Positions 1 to 12,499 of a stretch of 64,000 nt of DNA are shown piece after piece (the stretch's first letter is position 1; every line of letters starts with the position of its first letter). Origin of the DNA: Auanema rhodensis. Its lineage: Eukaryota > Animalia > Nematoda. The notes below the pieces were generated by a model. The model saw nothing but the letters and a program-made list of their open reading frames with translations. It had not been told where the DNA came from and ran no database searches. The DNA lies in NCBI GenBank assembly GCA_964057225.1, contig OZ059900.1, forward strand, positions 1,612,001 to 1,676,000. Reading direction: 5' to 3'. Both the position numbers and the translations under genes were made by a program.

Positions 1-347
1 TACTACACTAAGTATGGTCGTTTTTATGCCTTTAACACCATATACTCACCGATTTTTGGTACAAAATCTGTAATACTCGTAAATTTTGATCATATTCGGT
101 GAGATTCGAGAATCAAACACACAATACACGAAATAAGTTTATTTTTACGAGTTTGCACTGATATTTATTCATTTTGATCAAAAAAGGTCGAAAATAGAAA
201 GAATTTTTGAAATTTCCGAGTTTTGAGTCTAATTTGGCTAAATCGCTCATATATATGATCAAAAGCATAGTTTTATTGTCTATGACAACAATAGTCATCA
301 ATTAAACGCTAGTGATGTTTAAATACTGAATTTCGCTCAAATAGCAT
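1..347. repeat. Representative monomer (5' module X, 3' module P; 347 bp; phase set arbitrarily by window start)
   Basis: Hand count gives 53 C and 50 G in 347 nt (29.7% GC), 12 CpG and three TGATCA sites (87, 175, 256). The next copy starts at 348. Confidence 0.97.
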
Positions 348-3300
348 TACTACACTAAGTATGGTCGTTTTTATGCCTTTAACACCATATACTCACCGAT
401 TTTTGGTACAAAATCTGTAATACTCGTAAATTTTGATCATATTCGTTAAGATTTGAGAATCAAACATACAATACACAAAATCAGTCTATTTTTATGAGCT
501 TGCACTGATATATATTCATTTTGATCAAAAAAGGTCGAAAATAGAAAGAATTTTTGAAATTTACGAGTTTTGAGTCTAATTTGGCTAAATCGCTCATATA
601 TATGATCAAAAGCATAGTTTTACTGTCTATGATAACAAAAGTCTTCAAATATACACTAATAATGTGTAAATCACTGAATTTCACTCAAATGCATTACTAC
701 ACTAAGTATGGTCGTTTTTATGCCTTTAACACCATATACTCACCGATTTTTGGTACAAAATCTGTAATACTTGTAAATTTTGATCATATTCGTTAAGATT
801 CGAGAATCAAACACACAATACACGAAATAAGTTTATTTTTACGAGTTTGCACTGATATTTATTCATTTTGATCAAAAAAGGTCGAAAATAGAAAGAATTT
901 TTGAAATTTCCGAGTTTTGAGTCTAATTTGGCTAAATCGCTCATATACATGATCAGAAGCATAGTTTTATTGTCTATGACAACAAAAGTCATCAATTAAA
1001 CGCTAGTGATGTTTAAATACTGATTTTCGCTCAAATAGCATTACTACACTAAGTATGGTCGTTTTTATGCCTTTAACACCATATACTCACCGATTTTTGG
1101 TACAAAATCTGTAATACTCGTAAATTTTGATCATATTCGGTGAGATTCGAGAATCAAACACACAATACACGAAATAAGTTTATTTTTACGAGTTTGCACT
1201 GATATTTATTCATTTTGATCAAAAAAGGTCGAAAATAGAAAGAATTTTTGAAATTTCCGAGTTTTGAGTCTAATTTGGCTAAATCGCTCATATATATGAT
1301 CAAAAGCATAGTTTTATTGTCTATGACAACAAAAGTCATCAATTAAACGCTAGTGATGTTTAAATACTGAATTTCGCTCAAATAGCATTACTACACTAAG
1401 TATGGTCGTTTTTATGCCTTTAACACCATATACTCACCGATTTTTGGTACAAAATCTGTAATACTCGTAAATTTTGATCATATTCGTTAAGATTTGAGAA
1501 TCAAACATACAATACACAAAATCAGTCTATTTTTATGAGCTTGCACTGATATATATTCATTTTGATCAAAAAAGGTCGAAAATAGAAAGAATTTTTGAAA
1601 TTTACGAGTTTTGAATCTAATTTGGCTAAATCGCTCATATATATGATCAAAAGCATAGTTTTACTGTCTATGATAACAAAAGTCTTCAAATATACACTAA
1701 TAATGATTAAATCACTGAATTTCACTCAAATAGCATTACTACACTAAGTATGGTCGTTTTTATGCCTTTAACACCATATACTCACTGATTTTTGGTACAA
1801 AATCTGTGATACTCGTAAATTTTGATCATATTCGGTGAGATTCGAGAATCAAACATACAATACACAAAATCAGTCTATTTTTATGAGCTTGCACTGATAT
1901 ATATTCATTTTGATCAAAAAAGGTCGAAAATAGAAAGAATTTTTGAAATTTACGAGTTTTGAATCTAATTTGGCTAAATCGCTCATATATATGATCAAAA
2001 GCATAGTTTTACTGTCTATGATAACAAAAGTCTTCAAATATACACTAATAATGATTAAATCACTGAATTTCACTCAAATAGCATTACTACACTAAGTATG
2101 GTCGTTTTTATGCCTTTAACACCATATACTCACTGATTTTTGGTACAAAATCTGTGATACTCGTAAATTTTGATCATATTCGGTGAGATTCGAGAATCAA
2201 ACACACAATACACGAAATAAGTTTATTTTTACGAGTTTGCACTGATATTTATTCATTTTGATCAAAAAAGGTCGAAAATAGAAAGAATTTTTGAAATTTC
2301 CGAGTTTTGAGTCTAATTTGGCTAAATCGCTCATATATATGATCGAAAGCATAGTTTTATTGTCTATGACAACAAAAGTCATCAATTAAACGCTAGTGAT
2401 GTTTAAATACTGAATTTCGCTCAAATAGCATTACTACACTAAGTATGGTCGTTTTTATGCCTTTAACACCATATACTCACCGATTTTTGGTACAAAATCT
2501 GTGATACTCGTAAATTTTGATCATATTCGGTGAGATTCGAGGATCGAACACACAATACACGAAACAAGTTTATTTTGACGAGTTTGCACTGATATTTATT
2601 CATTTTGATCAAAAAAGGTCGAAAATAGAAAGAATTTTTGAAATTTCCGAGTTTTGAGTCTAATTTGGCTAAATCGCTCATATACATGATCAGAAGCATA
2701 GTTTTATTGTCTATGACAACAAAAGTCATCAATTAAACGCTAGTGATGTTTAAATACTGATTTTCGCTCAAATAGCATTACTACACTAAGTATGGTCGTT
2801 TTTATGCCTTTAACACCATATACTCACCGATTTTTGGTACAAAATCTGTAATACTCGTAAATTTTGATCATATTCGTTAAAATTTGAAAATCAAACACAC
2901 AATAAACAAAATCAGTCTATTTTTATGAGCTTGCACTGATATATATTCATTTTGATCAAAAAAGGTCGAAAATAGAAAGAATTTTTGAAATTTACGAGTT
3001 TTGAGTCTAATTTGGCTAAATCGCTCATATATATGATCAAAAGCATAGTTTTACTGTCTATGATAACAAAAGTCTTCAAATATACACTAATAATGTGTAA
3101 ATCACTGAATTTCACTCAAATGCATTACTACACTAAGTATGGTCGTTTTTATGCCTTTAACACCATATACTCACCGATTTTTGGTACAAAATCTGTAATA
3201 CTTGTAAATTTTGATCATATTCGTTAAGATTCGAGAATCAAACACACAATACACGAAATAAGTTTATTTTTACGAGTTTGCACTGATATTTATTCATTTT

Positions 3301-6300
3301 GATCAAAAAAGGTCGAAAATAGAAAGAATTTTTGAAATTTCCGAGTTTTGAGTCTAATTTGGCTAAATCGCTCATATACATGATCAGAAGCATAGTTTTA
3401 TTGTCTATGACAACAAACGTCATCAATTAAACGCTAGTGATGTTTAAATACTGATTTTCGCTCAAATAGCATTACTACACTAAGTATGGTCGTTTTTATG
3501 CCTTTAACACCATATACTCACCGATTTTTGGTACAAAATCTGTAATACTCGTAAATTTTGATCATATTCGTTAAGATTTGAGAATCAAACATACAATACA
3601 CAAAATCAGTCTATTTTTATGAGCTTGCACTGATATATATTCATTTTGATCAAAAAAGGTCGAAAATAGAAAGAATTTTTGAAATTTACGAGTTTTGAGT
3701 CTAATTTGGCTAAATCGCTCATATATATGATCAAAAGCATAGTTTTACTGTCTATGATAACAAAAGTCTTCAAATATACACTAATAATGTGTAAATCACT
3801 GAATTTCACTCAAATGCATTACTACACTAAGTATGGTCGTTTTTATGCCTTTAACACCATATACTCACCGATTTTTGGTACAAAATCTGTAATACTTGTA
3901 AATTTTGATCATATTCGTTAAGATTCGAGAATCAAACACACAATACACGAAATAAGTTTATTTTTACGAGTTTGCACTGATATTTATTCATTTTGATCAA
4001 AAAAGGTCGAAAATAGAAAGAATTTTTGAAATTTACGAGTTTTGAGTCTAATTTGGCTAAATCGCTCATATATATGATCAAAAGCATAGTTTTACTGTCT
4101 ATGATAACAAAAGTCTTCAAATATACACTAATAATGTGTAAATCACTGAATTTCACTCAAATGCATTACTACACTAAGTATGGTCGTTTTTATGCCTTTA
4201 ACACCATATACTCACCGATTTTTGGTACAAAATCTGTAATACTCGTAAATTTTGATCATATTCGTTAAGATTTGAGAATCAAACATACAATACACAAAAT
4301 CAGTCTATTTTTATGAGCTTGCACTGATATATATTCATTTTGATCAAAAAAGGTCGAAAATAGAAAGAATTTTTGAAATTTACGAGTTTTGAGTCTAATT
4401 TGGCTAAATCGCTCATATATATGATCAAAAGCATAGTTTTACTGTCTATGATAACAAAAGTCTTCAAATATACACTAATAATGTGTAAATCACTGAATTT
4501 CACTCAAATGCATTACTACACTAAGTATGGTCGTTTTTATGCCTTTAACACCATATACTCACCGATTTTTGGTACAAAATCTGTAATACTTGTAAATTTT
4601 GATCATATTCGTTAAGATTCGAGAATCAAACACACAATACACGAAATAAGTTTATTTTTACGAGTTTGCACTGATATTTATTCATTTTGATCAAAAAAGG
4701 TCGAAAATAGAAAGAATTTTTGAAATTTCCGAGTTTTGAGTCTAATTTGGCTAAATCGCTCATATACATGATCAGAAGCATAGTTTTATTGTCTATGACA
4801 ACAAAAGTCATCAATTAAACGCTAGTGATGTTTAAATACTGATTTTCGCTCAAATAGCATTACTACACTAAGTATGGTCGTTTTTATGCCTTTAACACCA
4901 TATACTCACCGATTTTTGGTACAAAATCTGTAATACTCGTAAATTTTGATCATATTCGGTGAGATTCGAGAATCAAACACACAATACACGAAATAAGTTT
5001 ATTTTTACGAGTTTGCACTGATATTTATTCATTTTGATCAAAAAAGGTCGAAAATAGAAAGAATTTTTGAAATTTCCGAGTTTTGAGTCTAATTTGGCTA
5101 AATCGCTCATATATATGATCAAAAGCATAGTTTTATTGTCTATGACAACAAAAGTCATCAATTAAACGCTAGTGATGTTTAAATACTGAATTTCGCTCAA
5201 ATAGCATTACTACACTAAGTATGGTCGTTTTTATGCCTTTAACACCATATACTCACCGATTTTTGGTACAAAATCTGTAATACTCGTAAATTTTGATCAT
5301 ATTCGTTAAGATTTGAGAATCAAACATACAATACACAAAATCAGTCTATTTTTATGAGCTTGCACTGATATATATTCATTTTGATCAAAAAAGGTCGAAA
5401 ATAGAAAGAATTTTTGAAATTTACGAGTTTTGAATCTAATTTGGCTAAATCGCTCATATATATGATCAAAAGCATAGTTTTACTGTCTATGATAACAAAA
5501 GTCTTCAAATATACACTAATAATGATTAAATCACTGAATTTCACTCAAATAGCATTACTACACTAAGTATGGTCGTTTTTATGCCTTTAACACCATATAC
5601 TCACTGATTTTTGGTACAAAATCTGTGATACTCGTAAATTTTGATCATATTCGGTGAGATTCGAGAATCAAACATACAATACACAAAATCAGTCTATTTT
5701 TATGAGCTTGCACTGATATATATTCATTTTGATCAAAAAAGGTCGAAAATAGAAAGAATTTTTGAAATTTACGAGTTTTGAATCTAATTTGGCTAAATCG
5801 CTCATATATATGATCAAAAGCATAGTTTTACTGTCTATGATAACAAAAGTCTTCAAATATACACTAATAATGATTAAATCACTGAATTTCACTCAAATAG
5901 CATTACTACACTAAGTATGGTCGTTTTTATGCCTTTAACACCATATACTCACTGATTTTTGGTACAAAATCTGTGATACTCGTAAATTTTGATCATATTC
6001 GGTGAGATTCGAGAATCAAACACACAATACACGAAATAAGTTTATTTTTACGAGTTTGCACTGATATTTATTCATTTTGATCAAAAAAGGTCGAAAATAG
6101 AAAGAATTTTTGAAATTTCCGAGTTTTGAGTCTAATTTGGCTAAATCGCTCATATATATGATCAAAAGCATAGTTTTATTGTCTATGACAACAAAAGTCA
6201 TCAATTAAACGCTAGTGATGTTTAAATACTGAATTTCGCTCAAATAGCATTACTACACTAAGTATGGTCGTTTTTATGCCTTTAACACCATATACTCACC

Positions 6301-7291
6301 GATTTTTGGTACAAAATCTGTGATACTCGTAAATTTTGATCATATTCGGTGAGATTCGAGGATCGAACACACAATACACGAAATAAGTTTATTTTGACGA
6401 GTTTGCACTGATATTTATTCATTTTGATCAAAAAAGGTCGAAAATAGAAAGAATTTTTGAAATTTCCGAGTTTTGAGTCTAATTTGGCTAAATCGCTCAT
6501 ATACATGATCAGAAGCATAGTTTTATTGTCTATGACAACAAAAGTCATCAATTAAACGCTAGTGATGTTTAAATACTGATTTTCGCTCAAATAGCATTAC
6601 TACACTAAGTATGGTCGTTTTTATGCCTTTAACACCATATACTCACCGATTTTTGGTACAAAATCTGTAATACTCGTAAATTTTGATCATATTCGTTAAA
6701 ATTTGAAAATCAAACACACAATAAACAAAATCAGTCTATTTTTATGAGCTTGCACTGATATATATTCATTTTGATCAAAAAAGGTCGAAAATAGAAAGAA
6801 TTTTTGAAATTTACGAGTTTTGAGTCTAATTTGGCTAAATCGCTCATATATATGATCAAAAGCATAGTTTTACTGTCTATGATAACAAAAGTCTTCAAAT
6901 ATACACTAATAATGTGTAAATCACTGAATTTCACTCAAATGCATTACTACACTAAGTATGGTCGTTTTTATGCCTTTAACACCATATACTCACCGATTTT
7001 TGGTACAAAATCTGTAATACTTGTAAATTTTGATCATATTCGTTAAGATTCGAGAATCAAACACACAATACACGAAATAAGTTTATTTTTACGAGTTTGC
7101 ACTGATATTTATTCATTTTGATCAAAAAAGGTCGAAAATAGAAAGAATTTTTGAAATTTCCGAGTTTTGAGTCTAATTTGGCTAAATCGCTCATATACAT
7201 GATCAGAAGCATAGTTTTATTGTCTATGACAACAAAAGTCATCAATTAAACGCTAGTGATGTTTAAATACTGATTTTCGCTCAAATAGCAT
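348..7291. repeat. Higher-order duplication: 9 monomers (348-3472) repeated at 4167-7291, offset 3819 bp (11 monomers)
   Basis: ORF barcode 481,807,1154,1522,1870,2197,2463,2912,3238 maps to 4300,4626,4973,5341,5689,6016,6282,6731,7057 (all +3819). The rare CTCACTGATT variant occurs at ~1781/2129 and ~5600/5948. Confidence 0.9.
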
Positions 7292-10200
7292 TACTACACT
7301 AAGTATGGTCGTTTTTATGCCTTTAACACCATATACTCACCGATTTTTGGTACAAAATCTGTAATACTCGTAAATTTTGATCATATTCGGTGAGATTCGA
7401 GAATCAAACACACAATACACGAAATAAGTTTATTTTTACGAGTTTGCACTGATATTTATTCATTTTGATCAAAAAAGGTCGAAAATAGAAAGAATTTTTG
7501 AAATTTCCGAGTTTTGAGTCTAATTTGGCTAAATCGCTCATATATATGATCAAAAGCATAGTTTTATCGTCTATGACAACAAAAGTCATCAATTAAACGC
7601 TAGTGATGTTTAAATACTGAATTTCGCTCAAATAGCATTACTACACTAAGTATGGTCGTTTTTATGCCTTTAACACCATATACTCACCGATTTTTGGTAC
7701 AAAATCTGTAATACTCGTAAATTTTGATCATATTCGTTAAGATTTGAGAATCAAACATACAATACACAAAATCAGTCTATTTTTATGAGCTTGCACTGAT
7801 ATATATTCATTTTGATCAAAAAAGGTCGAAAACAGAAAGAATTTTTGAAATTTACGAGTTTTGAATCTAATTTGGCTAAATCGCTCATATATATGATCAA
7901 AAGCATAGTTTTACTGTCTATGATAACAAAAGTCTTCAAATATACACTAATAATGATTAAATCACTGAATTTCACTCAAATAGCATTACTACACTAAGTA
8001 TGGTCGTTTTTATGCCTTTAACACCATATACTCACCGATTTTTGGTACAAAATCTGTGATACTCGTAAATTTTGATCATATTCGGTGAGATTCGAGGATC
8101 GAACACACAATACACGAAATAAGTTTATTTTGACGAGTTTGCACTGATATTTATTCATTTTGATCAAAAAAGGTCGAAAATAGAAAGAATTTTTGAAATT
8201 TCCGAGTTTTGAGTCTAATTTGGCTAAATCGCTCATATACATGATCAGAAGCATAGTTTTATTGTCTATGACAACAAAAGTCATCAATTAAACGCTAGTG
8301 ATGTTTAAATACTGATTTTCGCTCAAATAGCATTACTACACTAAGTATGGTCGTTTTTATGCCTTTAACACCATATACTCACCGATTTTTGGTACAAAAT
8401 CTGTAATACTCGTAAATTTTGATCATATTCGTTAAGATTTGAAAATCAAACACACAATAAACAAAATCAGTCTATTTTTATGAGCTTGCACTGATATATA
8501 TTCATTTTGATCAAAAAAGGTCGAAAATAGAAAGAATTTTTGAAATTTACGAGTTTTGAGTCTAATTTGGCTAAATCGCTCATATATATGATCAAAAGCA
8601 TAGTTTTACTGTCTATGATAACAAAAGTCTTCAAATATACACTAATAATGTGTAAATCACTGAATTTCACTCAAATGCATTACTACACTAAGTATGGTCG
8701 TTTTTATGCCTTTAACACCATATACTCACCGATTTTTGGTACAAAATCTGTAATACTTGTAAATTTTGATCATATTCGTTAAGATTCGAGAATCAAACAC
8801 ACAATACACGAAATAAGTTTATTTTTACGAGTTTGCACTGATATTTATTCATTTTGATCAAAAAAGGTCGAAAATAGAAAGAATTTTTGAAATTTCCGAG
8901 TTTTGAGTCTAATTTGGCTAAATCGCTCATATACATGATCAGAAGCATAGTTTTATTGTCTATGACAACAAAAGTCATCAATTAAACGCTAGTGATGTTT
9001 AAATACTGATTTTCGCTCAAATAGCATTACTACACTAAGTATGGTCGTTTTTATGCCTTTAACACCATATACTCACCGATTTTTGGTACAAAATCTGTAA
9101 TACTCGTAAATTTTGATCATATTCGTTAAGATTTGAGAATCAAACACACAATAAACAAAATCAGTCTATTTTCATGAGCTTGCACTGATATATATTCATT
9201 TTGATCAAAAAAGGTCGAAAATAGAAAGAATTTTTGAATTTTCCGAGTTTTGAGTCCAATTGGGCTAAATCGCTCATATATATGATCAAAAGCATAGTTT
9301 TATTGTCTATAACAACAAAAGTCATCAATTAAACGCTAGTGATGTTTAAATACTGAATTTCACTCAAATAGCATTACTACACTAAGTATGGTCGTTTTTA
9401 TGCCTTTAACACCATATACTCACCGATTTTTGGTACAAAATCTGTGATACTCGTAAATTTTGATCATATTCGGTGAGATTCGAGAATCAAACACACAATA
9501 CACGAAATAAGTTTATTTTTACGAGTTTGCACTGATATTTATTCATTTTGATCAAAAAAGGTCGAAAATAGAAAGAATTTTTGAAATTTCCGAGTTTTGA
9601 GTCTAATTTGGCTAAATCGCTCATATATATGATCAAAAGCATAGTTTTATTGTCTATGACAACAAAAGTCATCAATTAAACGCTAGTGATGTTTAAATAC
9701 TGAATTTCGCTCAAATAGCATTACTACACTAAGTATGGTCGTTTTTATGCCTTTAACACCATATACTCACCGATTTTTGGTACAAAATCTGTAATACTCG
9801 TAAATTTTGATCATATTCGTTAAGATTTGAGAATCAAACATACAATACACAAAATCAGTCTATTTTTATGAGCTTGCACTGATATATATTCATTTTGATC
9901 AAAAAAGGTCGAAAATAGAAAGAATTTTTGAAATTTACGAGTTTTGAATCTAATTTGGCTAAATCGCTCATATGTATGATCAAAAGCATAGTTTTACTGT
10001 CTATGATAACAAAAGTCTTCAAATATACACTAATAATGATTAAATCACTGAATTTCACTCAAATAGCATTACTACACTAAGTATGGTCGTTTTCATGCCT
10101 TTAACACCATATACTCACCGATTTTTGGTACACAATCTGTAATACTCGTAAATTTTGATCATATTCGTTAAAATTTGAAAATCAAACACACAATAAACAA

Positions 10201-12499
10201 AATCAGTCTATTTTTATGAGCTTGCACTGATATATATTCATTTTGATCAAAAAAGGTCGAAAATAGAAAGAATTTTTGAAATTTACGAGTTTTGAGTCTA
10301 ATTTGGCTAAATCGCTCATATATATGATCAAAAGCATAGTTTTACTGTCTATGATAACAAAAGTCTTCAAATATACACTAATAATGTGTAAATCACTGAA
10401 TTTCACTCAAATGCATTACTACACTAAGTATGGTCGTTTTTATGCCTTTAACACCATATACTCACCGATTTTTGGTACAAAATCTGTGATACTCGTAAAT
10501 TTTGATCATATTCGGTGAGATTCGAGGATCGAACACACAATACACGAAATAAGTTTATTTTGACGAGTTTGCACTGATATTTATTCATTTTGATCAAAAA
10601 AGGTCGAAAATAGAAAGAATTTTTGAAATTTCCGAGTTTTGAGTCTAATTTGGCTAAATCGCTCATATACATGATCAGAAGCATAGTTTTATTGTCTATG
10701 ACAACAAAAGTCATCAATTAAACGCTAGTGATGTTTAAATACTGATTTTCGCTCAAATAGCATTACTACACTAAGTATGGTCGTTTTTATGCCTTTAACA
10801 CCATATACTCACCGATTTTTGGTACACAATCTGTAATACTCGTAAATTTTGATCATATTCGTTAAAATTCGAAAATCAAACACACAATAAACAAAATCAG
10901 TCTATTTTTATGAGCTTGCACTGATATATATTCATTTTGATCAAAAAAGGTCGAAAATAGAAAGAATTTTTGAAATTTACGAGTTTTGAGTCTAATTTGG
11001 CTAAATCGCTCATATACATGATCAGAAGCATAGTTTTATTGTCTATGACAACAAAAGTCATCAATTAAACGCTAGTGATGTTTAAATACTGATTTTCGCT
11101 CAAATAGCATTACTACACTAAGTATGGTCGTTTTTATGCCTTTAACACCATATACTCACCGATTTTTGGTACACAATCTGTAATACTCGTAAATTTTGAT
11201 CATATTCGTTAAAATTTGAAAATCAAACACACAATAAACAAAATCAGTCTATTTTTATGAGCTTGCACTGATATATATTCATTTTGATCAAAAAAGGTCG
11301 AAAATAGAAAGAATTTTTGAAATTTACGAGTTTTGAGTCTAATTTGGCTAAATCGCTCATATATATGATCAAAAGCATAGTTTTACTGTCTATGATAACA
11401 AAAGTCTTCAAATATACACTAATAATGTGTAAATCACTGAATTTCACTCAAATGCATTACTACACTAAGTATGGTCGTTTTTATGCCTTTAACACCATAT
11501 ACTCACCGATTTTTGGTACAAAATCTGTAATACTTGTAAATTTTGATCATATTCGTTAAGATTCGAGAATCAAACACACAATACACGAAATAAGTTTATT
11601 TTTACGAGTTTGCACTGATATTTATTCATTTTGATCAAAAAAGGTCGAAAATAGAAAGAATTTTTGAAATTTCCGAGTTTTGAGTCTAATTTGGCTAAAT
11701 CGCTCATATACATGATCAGAAGCAGAGTTTTATTGTCTATGACAACAAAAGTCATCAATTAAACGCTAGTGATGTTTAAATACTGATTTTCGCTCAAATA
11801 GCATTACTACACTAAGTATGGTCGTTTTTATGCCTTTAACACCATATACTCACCGATTTTTGGTACAAAATCTGTAATACTCGTAAATTTTGATCATATT
11901 CGTTAAGATTTGAGAATCAAACACACAATACACGAAATAAGTTTATTTTTACGAGTTTGCACTGATATTTATTCATTTTGATCAAAAAAGGTCGAAAATA
12001 GAAAGAATTTTTGAAATTTCCGAGTTTTGAGTCTAATTTGGCTAAATCGCTCATATATATGATCAAAAGCATAGTTTTATTGTCTATGACAACAAAAGTC
12101 ATCAATTAAACGCTAGTGATGTTTAAATACTGAATTTCGCTCAAATAGCATTACTACACTAAGTATGGTCGTTTTTATGCCTTTAACACCATATACTCAC
12201 CGATTTTTGGTACAAAATCTGTAATACTCGTAAATTTTGATCATATTCGTTAAGATTTGAGAATCAAACATACAATACACAAAATCAGTCTATTTTTATG
12301 AGCTTGCACTGATATATATTCATTTTGATCAAAAAAGGTCGAAAATAGAAAGAATTTTTGAAATTTACGAGTTTTGAATCTAATTTGGCTAAATCGCTCA
12401 TATATATGATCAAAAGCATAGTTTTACTGTCTATGATAACAAAAGTCTTCAAATATACACTAATAATGATTAAATCACTGAATTTCACTCAAATAGCAT

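Noticed and set aside
45-103. MITE or transposon terminal inverted repeats (CTCACCGA/TCGGTGAG)
   Set aside because: The repeat is only 8 bp, lies inside the monomer, has no target-site duplication and is absent from monomers with the TCGTTAAG allele.
87-261. Three GATC (TGATCA) sites per monomer as a bacterial Dam/oriC or iteron signal
   Set aside because: There are no DnaA boxes or rep gene, and a 64-kb pure tandem array is not a prokaryotic origin. The sites are better explained by internal subrepeats.
1-347. Tandem RNA-gene unit (5S rRNA, tRNA, snRNA or spliced leader)
   Set aside because: The monomer is about 30% GC throughout, and I recognise no 5S, tRNA cloverleaf, A/B box or SL/Sm motif. 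An Rfam/Infernal search would be the formal test.
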